From: Planctomycetota bacterium
GTDB taxonomy: Bacteria; Planctomycetota; B15-G4; SIAN01
Direction of reading: 5' to 3'
DNA length: 64,000 nucleotides
Assembly (NCBI GenBank): GCA_009691715.1
Contig: SIAN01000023.1
Location: 3,059-67,058, forward strand
Every line of letters starts with the position of its first letter. The stretch's first letter is position 1. Below, piece after piece: positions 51,483-61,107 of the stretch. The notes beneath the pieces are model-generated. The model was not told where the DNA came from. It did not search any database and was given only the letters and a program-made list of their open reading frames with translations. Both the position numbers and the translations under genes were made by a program.

Positions 51483-53294
51483 ATGAGTCCTGGCGGTGGC
51501 GCTGCGAGTCCTGGCGGTAGGGCCTTCACCCGACGTACGCACACCTGCGGCGAACTGCGCGCGGAGCATGCCTCGCAGCGCGTGACCCTGAACGGGTGGA
51601 TCCACACCACTCGCGACCACGCGCATTTCGTGTTCGCCGACCTGCGCGACCGTTACGGGCTCACGCAGATTTTCTTCGGCGACGCCATCGCGAACCTGCT
51701 CGCCGAGGCGAAGACCCTGCGCCCCGAAGATGTTGTCGCCGTGACCGGGACGGTGCGCGCGCGACCCGCCGAGAACGTCAACGCCGAGCGCGCGACCGGC
51801 GCCGTCGAGTTGATCGTCGACGCGCTCGAGATCCTCAATCGCGCCAAGACACCGCCCTTCGAGATCCGCGACGACGCGAAGATCTCCGAGGAGGTGCGGC
51901 TCAAGTACCGCTACCTCGATCTGCGCCGGCCCTCGATGCAGCGCAATCTGCTGTTCCGCCATCGCTTCATGCAGGCGATCCGCGACGACTTCACGAAGCA
52001 GGACTTCATCGAGGTCGAGACCCCGTTCCTGACCAAGGCGACGCCCGAGGGCGCGCGCGAGTACTTCGTGCCGAGCCGCCTCTATCCGGGCCATTGCTAC
52101 GCGCTGCCGCAGTCGCCGCAGATCTTCAAGCAACTGCTGATGGTGGCCGGCTACGACAAGTACTTCCAGATCGCGCGCTGCATGCGCGACGAGGACCTGC
52201 GCGCCGATCGCCAGCCCGAGTTCACGCAACTCGATCTTGAGATGAGCTTCCCCGACGAAGAGCTCATCTACGAGACGGTCGAGTCGGCGATCGTGCACGC
52301 GGTGAAGGTGACGCTCGGGATCGGTTTGCCGCGCCCGTTCCGGCGGATCACCCACGCCGAATCGATGCTGCGCTACGGCTGCGACAAGCCCGATCTGCGC
52401 AACCAGTTGGTGATCTCAGACCTCTCCGCGGAAGCGAAGAGCAGCGAGTTCAAGATCTTCCGCGGCGCCGTCGATGCGGGCGGCGCGCTGCGCGCGTTGC
52501 GCGTGCCGGGCGGCGAGGCGCTGTCGCGCAAGGAGATCGAGGGGCTCGAAGGCAAGGCGAAGGAACTCGGCGCGAAGGGACTGGCGTGGACCAAGCTCGA
52601 CGCGACCGGCAAGCCGGCGGGTGGCGTGGCGAAGGGGCTCGAGGATGGGGCGGGCAAGGCGATGCTGGCGCGGCTTTGCGCCGCGCCGGGCGATCTGCTG
52701 CTGTTCGTGGCCGACCGCGTGAAGGTCGTCTGCGCCGCGCTCGACACGGTGAGACGCGCGCTCGGCGAGCGTTTCGGCGGGGTGAGGAAGGGCGTGCTCG
52801 AGCCGTGCTGGGTGGTCGAGTTCCCGCTGTTCGAGTTCGATGAGGAAGCGCACCATTTCGTCGCGGCGCACCACCCGTTCACGACTCCGATCGAGCAGTA
52901 CGAGGGGCAGATCACCAAGGAGCCGGGTGCCGTCAAGGCGCGCGCCTACGACCTGGTGATGAATGGCTGGGAGCTCGGCTCCGGGTCGATCCGGATCCAC
53001 GACCGGGCACTGCAGGAGCGCGTGTTCACGGCCGTCGGCGTGGCGCCCGAGGTTGCTGAGCGCAAGTTCGGCTTCATGCTCGGAGCATTCGACTACGGCG
53101 CCCCGCCGCATGGAGGGATCGGAATCGGTCTCGACCGCCTGATCGCGCTCCTGCTCGAGCAGGACAACATCCGCGAGGTGATCGCGTTCCCGAAGACGGC
53201 GACCGCGACTTGCCTCATGACCGGTGCGCCGACGCTGGCCGACGAGCGCGCGACCCGCGACCTAAAGCTCCGGTTCGAACTGCCGCCCACCTAG
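51483..53294 (+). CDS. aspS: Aspartyl-tRNA synthetase (bacterial type)
   Basis: RTHTCGELR..., LRYRYLDLRR, FYALPQSPQIFKQLLM, FQIARCMRDEDLRADRQPEFTQLDLEMSF, GGIGIGLDRLIALL. Ends in TAG. Confidence 0.97.
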   Translation: MSPGGGAASPGGRAFTRRTHTCGELRAEHASQRVTLNGWIHTTRDHAHFVFADLRDRYGLTQIFFGDAIANLLAEAKTLRPEDVVAVTGTVRARPAENVNAERATGAVELIVDALEILNRAKTPPFEIRDDAKISEEVRLKYRYLDLRRPSMQRNLLFRHRFMQAIRDDFTKQDFIEVETPFLTKATPEGAREYFVPSRLYPGHCYALPQSPQIFKQLLMVAGYDKYFQIARCMRDEDLRADRQPEFTQLDLEMSFPDEELIYETVESAIVHAVKVTLGIGLPRPFRRITHAESMLRYGCDKPDLRNQLVISDLSAEAKSSEFKIFRGAVDAGGALRALRVPGGEALSRKEIEGLEGKAKELGAKGLAWTKLDATGKPAGGVAKGLEDGAGKAMLARLCAAPGDLLLFVADRVKVVCAALDTVRRALGERFGGVRKGVLEPCWVVEFPLFEFDEEAHHFVAAHHPFTTPIEQYEGQITKEPGAVKARAYDLVMNGWELGSGSIRIHDRALQERVFTAVGVAPEVAERKFGFMLGAFDYGAPPHGGIGIGLDRLIALLLEQDNIREVIAFPKTATATCLMTGAPTLADERATRDLKLRFELPPT

Positions 53295-53419
53295 ACGTTT
53301 TGGGGGCGCCGTCGCCGAGCCCAATCCCGTGACACGCGGATCAGGAACTTTCGATCGAACGCTCGCCGGTCGGGCTTCAAGGCGCGACCCGGAGCGAACT
53401 GCAGGACAGGAATCAATCC

Positions 53420-55336
53420 ATGGCTGAGACGATCCGCGTCACCTTGCCCGACGGAAAAGTGATCGAGCCGGCGAAGGGCATCAACCTCGGCGATCTCGCG
53501 CGATCCATCGCGATCTCGCTCGGCAAGAAGGCGATCGCGGCGGTGGTCGACGGCCAGACCCGCGATCTGCATGTCGGCCTCGATCACGACGCCACGGTGA
53601 AGTTCGTGACCGAGGCGGACGCCGAAGCGCAGGACGTCGTGCGCCACAGTTGCGCCCATCTGCTGGCGCAGGCGGTGAAGCGGCTCTACCCGGAGGCGAA
53701 GTTCGGGGTCGGGCCGGTGATCGAGAGCGGTTTCTACTACGACATGGAACTGCCGCATCAGCTTGAGCCCGAGGACTTGGAGAAGATCGAGGCGGAGATG
53801 AAGGCGGCGGCGGCGGCCGACTTCCCGTTGAAGCGCAGCACGCTCTCGCGTGACGGCGCGTTGCAGTGGGCCAACGAGCGCGCCGACCCCTACAAGCACG
53901 AGCTCATCTCCGACCTGCCGGCGGACGTGACCATCAGCCTCTATTCGCAGGGCGAGTTCACCGACCTGTGCACCGGGCCGCACGTGCCGACGACGGGACG
54001 CCTCAAGCATTTCAAGTTGCTCTCGATCGCAGGCGCCTATTGGCGCGGCGACGAGAAGCGGCCGGTGCTGCAGCGCATCTACGGAACGGCGTTCGTCGAC
54101 GCCAAGTCGCTCGAAGAACACTTGAAGGCGCGCGAGGAGGCCGTGCGCCGAGACCATCGCAAGGTCGGCAAGGAACTCGGCCTGTTCATGTTCCATCCGC
54201 TCGCGCCGGCGAGCCCGTTCTTCCTGCCGAAGGGCGCGTGGCTCTACAACGCGCTGGTCGCCTACGTGCGCGGCCTCTACCAGGAGTTCGGCTACCAGGA
54301 GGTCGTGACGCCGCAGATCTTCGCGACCGAACTGTTCAAGATCTCGGGTCACTACGACAACTACAAAGAGAACATGTACTTCACGACGGCCGAGGAGCGG
54401 GAGTTTGGCGTCAAGCCGATGAACTGCCCGGCCCATGCGCTGATGTTCGGCGCGAAGGGGCGCAGCTATCGCGAGCTGCCGTTGCGCTTCGCCGATTTCG
54501 GCCGGCTCCATCGCTTCGAACGCAGTGGCGTCGTCGCCGGCCTCACCCGCGTGCGCACCTTCGCGCAGGACGACGGCCACATCTTCATGGCGCAGGAGAG
54601 CATCGGCGACGAGACCGAGAGCTTCTTTGCCCTGCAGCACCGGATCTACAAGGACCTGCGCCTGCCCGACCCGACGGTGTTGGTCGGCACCCGTCCGCCG
54701 AAGTCGGTCGGATCGGACGAGCTCTGGCAGAAGGCGGAGAGCACGCTGCTGGCGCAACTCGAACGGCTCGGCCAGAAGTACACGCTCAATCCGGGCGATG
54801 GCGCCTTCTACGGCCCGAAGATCGACTTCCAGGTCCGCGATGCGATCGGGCGGGCGTGGCAGCTCTCCACGTTCCAGCTCGACTTCAACATGGCCGAGCG
54901 CTTCGACCTCCACTACAACGCGCAGGATGGGACGGCCAAGCGGCCGGTGGTGGTGCATCGGGCGATGCTCGGCTCGCTCGAGCGGTTCATCGGCGTCTAT
55001 CTCGAGCACGTCGCCGGCAACCTTCCGGTGTGGCTGTCACCGGTCCAGGCGAAGGTGCTGACGGTAATGACCGACGTAGTGCCGTATGCGCGCGAGGTCG
55101 TCAGTCGGCTCGCCGCCGAGGGTTTCCGGGTCGAACTTGACGATCGACCCGAGAAGATCGGGGCGAAGATCCGCGACGGGGCGCTCGAAAAAGTGCCCTA
55201 CCTGCTGGTGATCGGGGCCCGTGAGCGCGATAGCGGGGCGGTCGCGATTCGTGAGCGAAGCGTGGGGGACCAGGGCGCCACGCCGCTGGCCAGCTTCATC
55301 GAGCGCCTCAAGGCAGAAGTCGCGGCGAAGCGGTGA
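53420..55336 (+). CDS. thrS: Threonyl-tRNA synthetase
   Basis: TGS domain start MAETIRVTLPDGKV, HSCAHLLAQAV, RDHRKVGKELGLF, FGRLHRFERSGVVAGLTRVRTFAQDDGHIF, RPVVVHRAMLGSLERFIGV. Confidence 0.97.
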   Translation: MAETIRVTLPDGKVIEPAKGINLGDLARSIAISLGKKAIAAVVDGQTRDLHVGLDHDATVKFVTEADAEAQDVVRHSCAHLLAQAVKRLYPEAKFGVGPVIESGFYYDMELPHQLEPEDLEKIEAEMKAAAAADFPLKRSTLSRDGALQWANERADPYKHELISDLPADVTISLYSQGEFTDLCTGPHVPTTGRLKHFKLLSIAGAYWRGDEKRPVLQRIYGTAFVDAKSLEEHLKAREEAVRRDHRKVGKELGLFMFHPLAPASPFFLPKGAWLYNALVAYVRGLYQEFGYQEVVTPQIFATELFKISGHYDNYKENMYFTTAEEREFGVKPMNCPAHALMFGAKGRSYRELPLRFADFGRLHRFERSGVVAGLTRVRTFAQDDGHIFMAQESIGDETESFFALQHRIYKDLRLPDPTVLVGTRPPKSVGSDELWQKAESTLLAQLERLGQKYTLNPGDGAFYGPKIDFQVRDAIGRAWQLSTFQLDFNMAERFDLHYNAQDGTAKRPVVVHRAMLGSLERFIGVYLEHVAGNLPVWLSPVQAKVLTVMTDVVPYAREVVSRLAAEGFRVELDDRPEKIGAKIRDGALEKVPYLLVIGARERDSGAVAIRERSVGDQGATPLASFIERLKAEVAAKR

Positions 55337-55493
55337 CGCCGACCTCCAGCCGGGCCGTGACCGGCGGACACCTTGATCGTTGGCGCGAACGCCCCTAGGA
55401 TGCCGCGCCCCTTTCCACGGACCGTGGGAAAGGTGAAGACCCGCGGGCTCCCCGGGCGCCTTCTCGGCGCTTCGGGACCGAGCTGCCCGCGGG

Positions 55494-56306
55494 TTGCGTT
55501 TTGCATCGACGGAGGGACCGCGTACGACCACGCAGCATCAATACCGCATCAATGACATGATCCGCATCCGCCAGGTGCGGCTCATCGATGACACCGGCGC
55601 CATGGTCGGCGTCGTCGACACCGAGATGGCGCGGCAGATGGCCTACGACAAGGGGCTCGACCTAGTCGAGGTCTCGCCGGAAGCGCGCCCGCCGGTGTGC
55701 AAGGTGATGGACTACGGCAAGTTCCTCTACACGCTGAAGAAGAAGGAGCACGATTCCAAGCGCAAGCAGCGCAAGGTCGAGACCAAGGAGATCCGGCTGC
55801 GCCCGAAGATCGCCGACCACGATGTCGGCTACAAGGCGAAGCAGGCGCGCGACTTCCTCGCGGATGGCGACAAGGTGCAGGTCACGATGTTGTTCCGTGG
55901 CCGCGAGATGTCGCACATGGACGTCGCCCGAACGGTGATGGACTCGTTCATCACCCAACTCGCCGACATCTCCAAGGTCGAGCGGGCTGGTCGTCTTGAA
56001 GGTCGCCGCCTCTCGATCCTGCTGCTCTCAACGGCGCCGCCGAAACCGCACGACGCGGGGCGCAACGCCGACAAGCACCCGGGCTCTGCGAAACACGACG
56101 GCACCGCAAGCAAGGACGGCGATCACGATGATCGCCACGAGAGTCAGACCAAGCACGACGATCAGACCAAGGACAACGCCCACCCGCCCGAAGGACCCCA
56201 AACACCGCCTCAAACCGACGCCGCGACGCAGAGCGTCGATGCCACGATCGCCCGGACCCCGCCGGTGGAACCATCTCTACCGTCGGAACCGCCTGCGGCG
56301 AATTGA
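55494..56306 (+). CDS. infC: Translation initiation factor IF-3 with a low-complexity C-terminal extension of about 85 aa; start codon uncertain
   Basis: [24 protein letters not shown]...[26 protein letters not shown]...[42 protein letters not shown]. The protein must start upstream of RIND (TTG 55494 is the only canonical candidate), so ATG 55557 is too late. Confidence 0.9.
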   Translation: MRFASTEGPRTTTQHQYRINDMIRIRQVRLIDDTGAMVGVVDTEMARQMAYDKGLDLVEVSPEARPPVCKVMDYGKFLYTLKKKEHDSKRKQRKVETKEIRLRPKIADHDVGYKAKQARDFLADGDKVQVTMLFRGREMSHMDVARTVMDSFITQLADISKVERAGRLEGRRLSILLLSTAPPKPHDAGRNADKHPGSAKHDGTASKDGDHDDRHESQTKHDDQTKDNAHPPEGPQTPPQTDAATQSVDATIARTPPVEPSLPSEPPAAN

Positions 56307-56364
56307 CTGCTGCGGCGCCAACCCGGCGCCAGACCGTGACCGAGCGCCCCCGGAGATTCCTGCC

Positions 56365-56565
56365 GTGCCGAAGATGAAGACCAAGAAGTCGCTGAAACGC
56401 CGGATCAAGGTGACCGGCACCGGCAAGCTCATGCACCATCGCGAGGGGCGTCGCCACTTGCAGTCGGGCAAGCGCGCGAAGCGCCGGCGAAAGCTCCGCA
56501 AGCCCAAGATCGTCCCGAAGCACTACTACAAGGCCTACATGCAACTGTTGAGCCCGAGCCTCTGA
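56365..56565 (+). CDS. rpmI: Ribosomal protein L35
   Basis: (GTG)[31 protein letters not shown].... GGAG RBS at 56352-56355. Confidence 0.93.
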   Translation: MPKMKTKKSLKRRIKVTGTGKLMHHREGRRHLQSGKRAKRRRKLRKPKIVPKHYYKAYMQLLSPSL

Positions 56566-56680
56566 GCCTGGGCGAAGCACGCCGTTCGCCTCTCGCACGA
56601 ACTGAATTGACTGAAGTGAAACTGTCCGAAGTGAAGCCGTCGTCGACCTGAAGTCCTGACGATTCCTGGAGTGATCCGCC

Positions 56681-57040
56681 ATGCCGCGCGTTCGCAGCGT
56701 CGTGACCCGCCTCAAGCGCCGCAAGCGCTTGCTGAAGCGGGTGAAGGGGTTCCGCGGGAGCCTCAACCACAAGAAGCGTCAGGCACGCGCGTTCTCGATC
56801 CGTGCCGATCGCTACGCCTTCCGTGACCGTCGCAACAAGAAGCGCGATTTCCGTCGGCTCTGGATCATCCGGATCTCGGCGGCGCTCACGGATCGCGGGA
56901 TCTCCTACTCGCAGTTCATGAACGGGCTGAAGAAGGCGGAGATCACGGTCAACCGCAAGGTGCTTGCGGCGATCGCGATCGACGCGCCCGGCCAGTTCGA
57001 CGAGTTCGTCGCCAAGGCGAAGGCCGCGATCGCGGCCTGA
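56681..57040 (+). CDS. rplT: Ribosomal protein L20
   Basis: MPRVRSVVTRLKRRKRLLKRVKGFRG...RDRRNKKRDFRRLWIIRISAA. Confidence 0.97.
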   Translation: MPRVRSVVTRLKRRKRLLKRVKGFRGSLNHKKRQARAFSIRADRYAFRDRRNKKRDFRRLWIIRISAALTDRGISYSQFMNGLKKAEITVNRKVLAAIAIDAPGQFDEFVAKAKAAIAA

Positions 57041-57078
57041 CGTCGGCGCCGCGGTCGCTCCGGATTCGCCCACTGCAG

Positions 57079-57150
57079 CGCGGCCAAGCACCGCAACGCG
57101 GCCCAGAATGGCAGCGCGGCCCAGAATGGCAGCGCGGCCCGATGGTTTGC
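57079..57150. repeat. Four tandem 18-bp units in the rplT-pheS intergenic region (two central copies identical)
   Basis: cgcggccaagcaccgcaa / cgcggcccagaatggcag / cgcggcccagaatggcag / cgcggcccgatggtttgc. Confidence 0.9.
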
Positions 57151-57173
57151 GGGGGCGGATCCGGAAGAGAACG

Positions 57174-58205
57174 ATGAGCGAGCCGATCCTCCAGTCGATC
57201 CGCGACATCGAGTCGCGTGCGCATGCCGCGATCGCGGTCGCGGTGGCGATCGAGACGCTGCAAGCGATCGAGCGCGACGTGCTCGGCAAGACCGGGCAGT
57301 TGTCGCAGATCCTGCGCGGACTCAAGGACCTCGACGACTCCGGCAAGAAATCGGTCGGTCAGGCCGGGAACGTCGCGAAGCGCGCCCTCGAGGCAGCGCT
57401 CTCGCAGCGCAAGTCGGCCCTCGAGTCTGCGGTGATCGCGGAAGCGCTTGCGCGCGATCGGATCGATCCCACCGAGCCGGCGCCGCGCCGCCACGCCGGA
57501 CACGAGCATCCGGTGAAGAGCGTGATGCGTGAACTCGAAGATCTGTTCGAGTCGATGGGATTCACGATCGTCGATGGGCCCGAAATCGAGACCGACTACT
57601 TCAACTTCGAGGCGTTGAACATCCCGCCGAACCATCCGGCGCGTGACACGCAGGACACGTTCTACGTCGAAGGCGGCCACGTGTTGCGCACCCACACGTC
57701 GGGATTGCAGGTACGTGCGATGCGGAAATACGGTGCGCCGCTGCGGGTCGTTTCGCCAGGTCGGGTCTTCCGCAACGAGACGCAGGATGCGTCGCATGAG
57801 CACACCTTCCATCAGCTCGAAGGACTGGTCGTCGACGAGGGCATCTCCGTTGCGCACCTGAAAGCGGTGCTCGACGAGCTGCTGGAGCGGATCTTCGGAG
57901 AGCGCGTCGCGACGCGGTTGCGGCCGCATCACTTCCCATTCGTCGAGCCCGGGCTCGAGCTCGATTTCCAGTGCCGGCTCTGTGGTGGCAAGGGCTGCGC
58001 GACCTGCAAGCAGACTGGCTGGATCGAGCTGTGCGGGTGCGGGATGGTGCATCCGAAGGTGCTGGCCGCGGGCAACGTCGACCCCGAGAAGTTCAGCGGC
58101 TTCGCGTTCGGGCTCGGCATCGACCGCCTCACGATGATGCGTCACGCGATCTCCGACATCCGCTGGATGATGTCGGGCGATCTGCGCTTCCTGAGGCAGT
58201 TCTGA
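57174..58205 (+). CDS. pheS: Phenylalanyl-tRNA synthetase alpha subunit
   Basis: HPVKSVMRELEDLFESMGF...NFEALNIPPNHPARDTQDTFY...VLRTHTSGLQVR...GRVFRNE...FHQLEGLVVD...FPFVEPGLELD...AFGLGIDRLTMM. Confidence 0.97.
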   Translation: MSEPILQSIRDIESRAHAAIAVAVAIETLQAIERDVLGKTGQLSQILRGLKDLDDSGKKSVGQAGNVAKRALEAALSQRKSALESAVIAEALARDRIDPTEPAPRRHAGHEHPVKSVMRELEDLFESMGFTIVDGPEIETDYFNFEALNIPPNHPARDTQDTFYVEGGHVLRTHTSGLQVRAMRKYGAPLRVVSPGRVFRNETQDASHEHTFHQLEGLVVDEGISVAHLKAVLDELLERIFGERVATRLRPHHFPFVEPGLELDFQCRLCGGKGCATCKQTGWIELCGCGMVHPKVLAAGNVDPEKFSGFAFGLGIDRLTMMRHAISDIRWMMSGDLRFLRQF

Positions 58206-58206
58206 G

Positions 58207-60630
58207 ATGAAGCTCTCGCTGCGCTGGCTCACCGAGCACGTCGACCTCGCCGGAATCGCGCCGGACGAAATCGGCCGCCAGCTGACCATGAAGACGGCGC
58301 TGATCGAGGGCGTCCTGCGCCTCGGCGCGGGTCTCGAGAAAGTGTTGGTTGGCCTGGTCGTGGAGCGGGAGAAGCATCCGAACGCGGATCGCCTTTCGTG
58401 CTGCAAGGTCGATGTCGGCAGCGGGACGTTGGTCGATGTCGTCTGCGGCGCGCCGAATGTCGCGGCGGGGCAGAAGATCGCGTACGCGCCGGTTGGAGCG
58501 ACGCTGCCGAGCGGGCTCACGCTCGAGGCGCGCAAGATTCGCGGCGCGATGAGCCACGGGATGATCTGCTCGACTGACGAACTCGGCCTCGGCGGCAATC
58601 ACGACGGGATCCTGGTGCTGCCGGAGGAGGCGCCGATCGGCGCGCCGTTCCGCGAGTACTTCGGCGTCGACGATGTGATCTTCGAGATCGACAACAAGTC
58701 GATCACGCACCGGGCCGATCTCTGGGGCCACTACGGCTTCGCGCGTGAGCTTGCGGCGATCTTCGGCCGCGAGCTCCGGCCGCTTCCGATCGACGCGACG
58801 CTGCGCGCCGAGCCGGACGGCTTCGACCTCCGTGTCGAAGATCCGATCGGCTGCCCGGGCTACTTGGGCCTCCAGGTGGACCTGGGTTCAGGCGCTGCAG
58901 GAATTCCCGCAACTCCGCGTTGGATGGCACGTCGACTCGAGGCGGTCGGGATGCGGCCGGTTTCGTTGCTGGTCGACTTGAGCAACTACGTAATGCTCGA
59001 GATCGGGCAGCCGACCCATCCGTTTGACCAGGATCGGCTGCAAGGCCCTCGGATCGTCGTGCGCCGTGCGCGCGAGGGCGAGAAGCTCACGACGCTTGAC
59101 GGCCAAAGTCGCGAGCTGACGCCGGAGGACGTGGTCATCGCCGATGGCGAGCGCGGAGTCGCGATCGCCGGCGTGATGGGTGGGCGAGAGAGCGAGGTCT
59201 CGGCGAGCACGCAGCGGGTCTTCCTCGAATCGGCGAGCTTCGAAGCGGCTCGGGTGCGGCGGACCTCGTCGCGGCTCGGATTGCGCAGCGAGGCAGTCGC
59301 GCGGTTCGAGAAGACGCTGGATGCCACGTTGCCGGAACAGGCGATTCGGCGCTATTCGCACCTGCTGAAGCAAGTCGCGACGTCGGCCATCGTGCGCGCG
59401 GGTTTCGCGGCGGCCGGTGGCGAACAGGCGCGCACGGTGACGCTCGCGCTGCGTCCAGAGCGCGCGCGCTCCAAGCTCGGGATGGAGCTTGGTGTCGAGG
59501 AGATGGCGGCCCGACTGCGGTCGATCGCGTTCGAGGTGCGTGCCGACGGTGACCGGCTCTCGGTCACGGTGCCGGCGTTCCGTGCGCGGCGCGACGTCAC
59601 CTGCGAGGACGACCTGATCGAAGAAGTCGGGCGCCTGTCGGGATACGAGCGAGCGTTGCCGTCGCTACCGCGACTCGCGGTGAAGCCGGCGATGCGAAAT
59701 GCGTTGCGACGGATCGAGCGGTTGGCCGTGCGCTGCCTCGTCCACGAGTGCGGCTACGCCGAGACCATGGGTTACAGCTTCGCGTCGGACCGTCAGGTCG
59801 CGAACTACCACGTCGGAGAGCCTGAATCCGGTTTCGTCCACCTCCAGAACTCGCTGACGGTCGACGCCACGCGCATGCGGAGGAGCCTCATGCCGGGGTT
59901 GCTGGACGCGGCGCGACGCAACCTGGTCGAATTTGACGACGTCCGGCTGTTCGACGCCGGGCGCGAGTACCTCCCGCGTCGAGCGGCCGACGGCGTCGAC
60001 CCGGATGGTCTGCCGGTCGAACGACGCGTGCTTTCACTGCTGCGGACGACTCGCGGCGGCGGAGTTGACGGGTTGCTGCTAACGGCGCGCGGCGATGTCG
60101 AGCGGTTGCTCGATCGTCTGGACGTGGCGTGGCAAGGCCGCGCGCCGACGACCCCACCGCCGGCATTTGCGCATCCAGGACGCACGATCGAGATCGCCGT
60201 AGAAGGCCGCACGGTGGGGGTGATCGCGCAGCTTCATCCCGAAGTGGCGCGCCGGTTCGAGATCGCCGAATCCGCGGTTGCGGCCGAGATCGACCTCGAC
60301 CGGATCGTCGCCGAGTCGCGCGCGACGCGCCGGATGCGCCCTCTGTCTCCATTCCCGCCAACACGGCGCGATCTCGCCTTCGAGACCCCCGAGTCGGTCG
60401 CGGTAGCCGATGTCCTACGCGAGATCCGCGAGGCGGCCGGGGAGTCGCTCCTCGAACTCGAGCTGTTCGACGTCTACCGCGGCAAGAACTTGGCGCCAGG
60501 ACATCGTTCGCTCGCGTTCCGACTGGTCTATCGGGCGCACGATCGAACGCTCTCGGATGCCGAGATCGAGCCGTTGCAGCAGCGAATCGTCGAGCGTTTG
60601 GCGAGGCAGGGGCTCAAGCTCCGCAGCTGA
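58207..60630 (+). CDS. pheT: Phenylalanyl-tRNA synthetase beta subunit
   Basis: MKLSLRWLTEHVDL..., tRNA-binding domain KHPNADRLSCCKVDVG, B3/4 and B5 regions, C-terminal FDVYRGKNLAPGHRSLAFRLVYRAHDRTLSD. Confidence 0.97.
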   Translation: MKLSLRWLTEHVDLAGIAPDEIGRQLTMKTALIEGVLRLGAGLEKVLVGLVVEREKHPNADRLSCCKVDVGSGTLVDVVCGAPNVAAGQKIAYAPVGATLPSGLTLEARKIRGAMSHGMICSTDELGLGGNHDGILVLPEEAPIGAPFREYFGVDDVIFEIDNKSITHRADLWGHYGFARELAAIFGRELRPLPIDATLRAEPDGFDLRVEDPIGCPGYLGLQVDLGSGAAGIPATPRWMARRLEAVGMRPVSLLVDLSNYVMLEIGQPTHPFDQDRLQGPRIVVRRAREGEKLTTLDGQSRELTPEDVVIADGERGVAIAGVMGGRESEVSASTQRVFLESASFEAARVRRTSSRLGLRSEAVARFEKTLDATLPEQAIRRYSHLLKQVATSAIVRAGFAAAGGEQARTVTLALRPERARSKLGMELGVEEMAARLRSIAFEVRADGDRLSVTVPAFRARRDVTCEDDLIEEVGRLSGYERALPSLPRLAVKPAMRNALRRIERLAVRCLVHECGYAETMGYSFASDRQVANYHVGEPESGFVHLQNSLTVDATRMRRSLMPGLLDAARRNLVEFDDVRLFDAGREYLPRRAADGVDPDGLPVERRVLSLLRTTRGGGVDGLLLTARGDVERLLDRLDVAWQGRAPTTPPPAFAHPGRTIEIAVEGRTVGVIAQLHPEVARRFEIAESAVAAEIDLDRIVAESRATRRMRPLSPFPPTRRDLAFETPESVAVADVLREIREAAGESLLELELFDVYRGKNLAPGHRSLAFRLVYRAHDRTLSDAEIEPLQQRIVERLARQGLKLRS

Positions 60631-61107
60631 ACTGGCGACGCGGGCCAGCCCGGACCGCTCGGCTATAGTTTCAGCACGCCGTCGGCAGTTGCCGGCGATG
60701 ACGAGTTCCCCGACCCGATCGCACTGGCGAAGGCACCAAGAACGAAGTCGTGGCGCCTCTGCCGTGTTCGACGCTCGCGTCAATGCTTGAACCTTGATCG
60801 ATTCACCTGGGAGCCGAATCCGCGGCAGCAGGACATGCCGTCCATCGCGTGACGGACTTCCGTGCCTGCCGGGTGGGCACCCCCCTCGTTCTCAGGTTCG
60901 AGTGCGCGCCTAGAGCGACGGCACAATGGCGGAGGTGTTTTCTTCGGCTTCAGGTCCGCGGATCGAGGGGGGTTTTCGGGCGTAGAGCCCTTGCTAGAGT
61001 CGCGTAGTCGCTCTGCGGGCGCACAGGCGGTGCGCTTCGGGACGACAGACGCAGCCTGCGCTTCAACGGTGCGGGCGGTCGTGTGGCGAGCGGGGAGGTC
61101 GTCGGCC

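Noticed and set aside
57079-57150. CRISPR-like array (regularly spaced repeats).
   Set aside because: The units are directly adjacent 18-mers with no spacers. The stretch is far too short and no cas genes are present.
60790-60850. ydaO/c-di-AMP riboswitch upstream of the LysM-YkuD gene.
   Set aside because: Only two short blocks resemble the consensus, and they lie on opposite strands (gattcacc is the complement of ggtgaatc). The conserved cagctaacc element is absent.
60860-60910. tRNA-like T-loop (ggttcgagt) in the pheT-YkuD spacer.
   Set aside because: No complementary T-stem, acceptor stem or anticodon arm could be folded around it.
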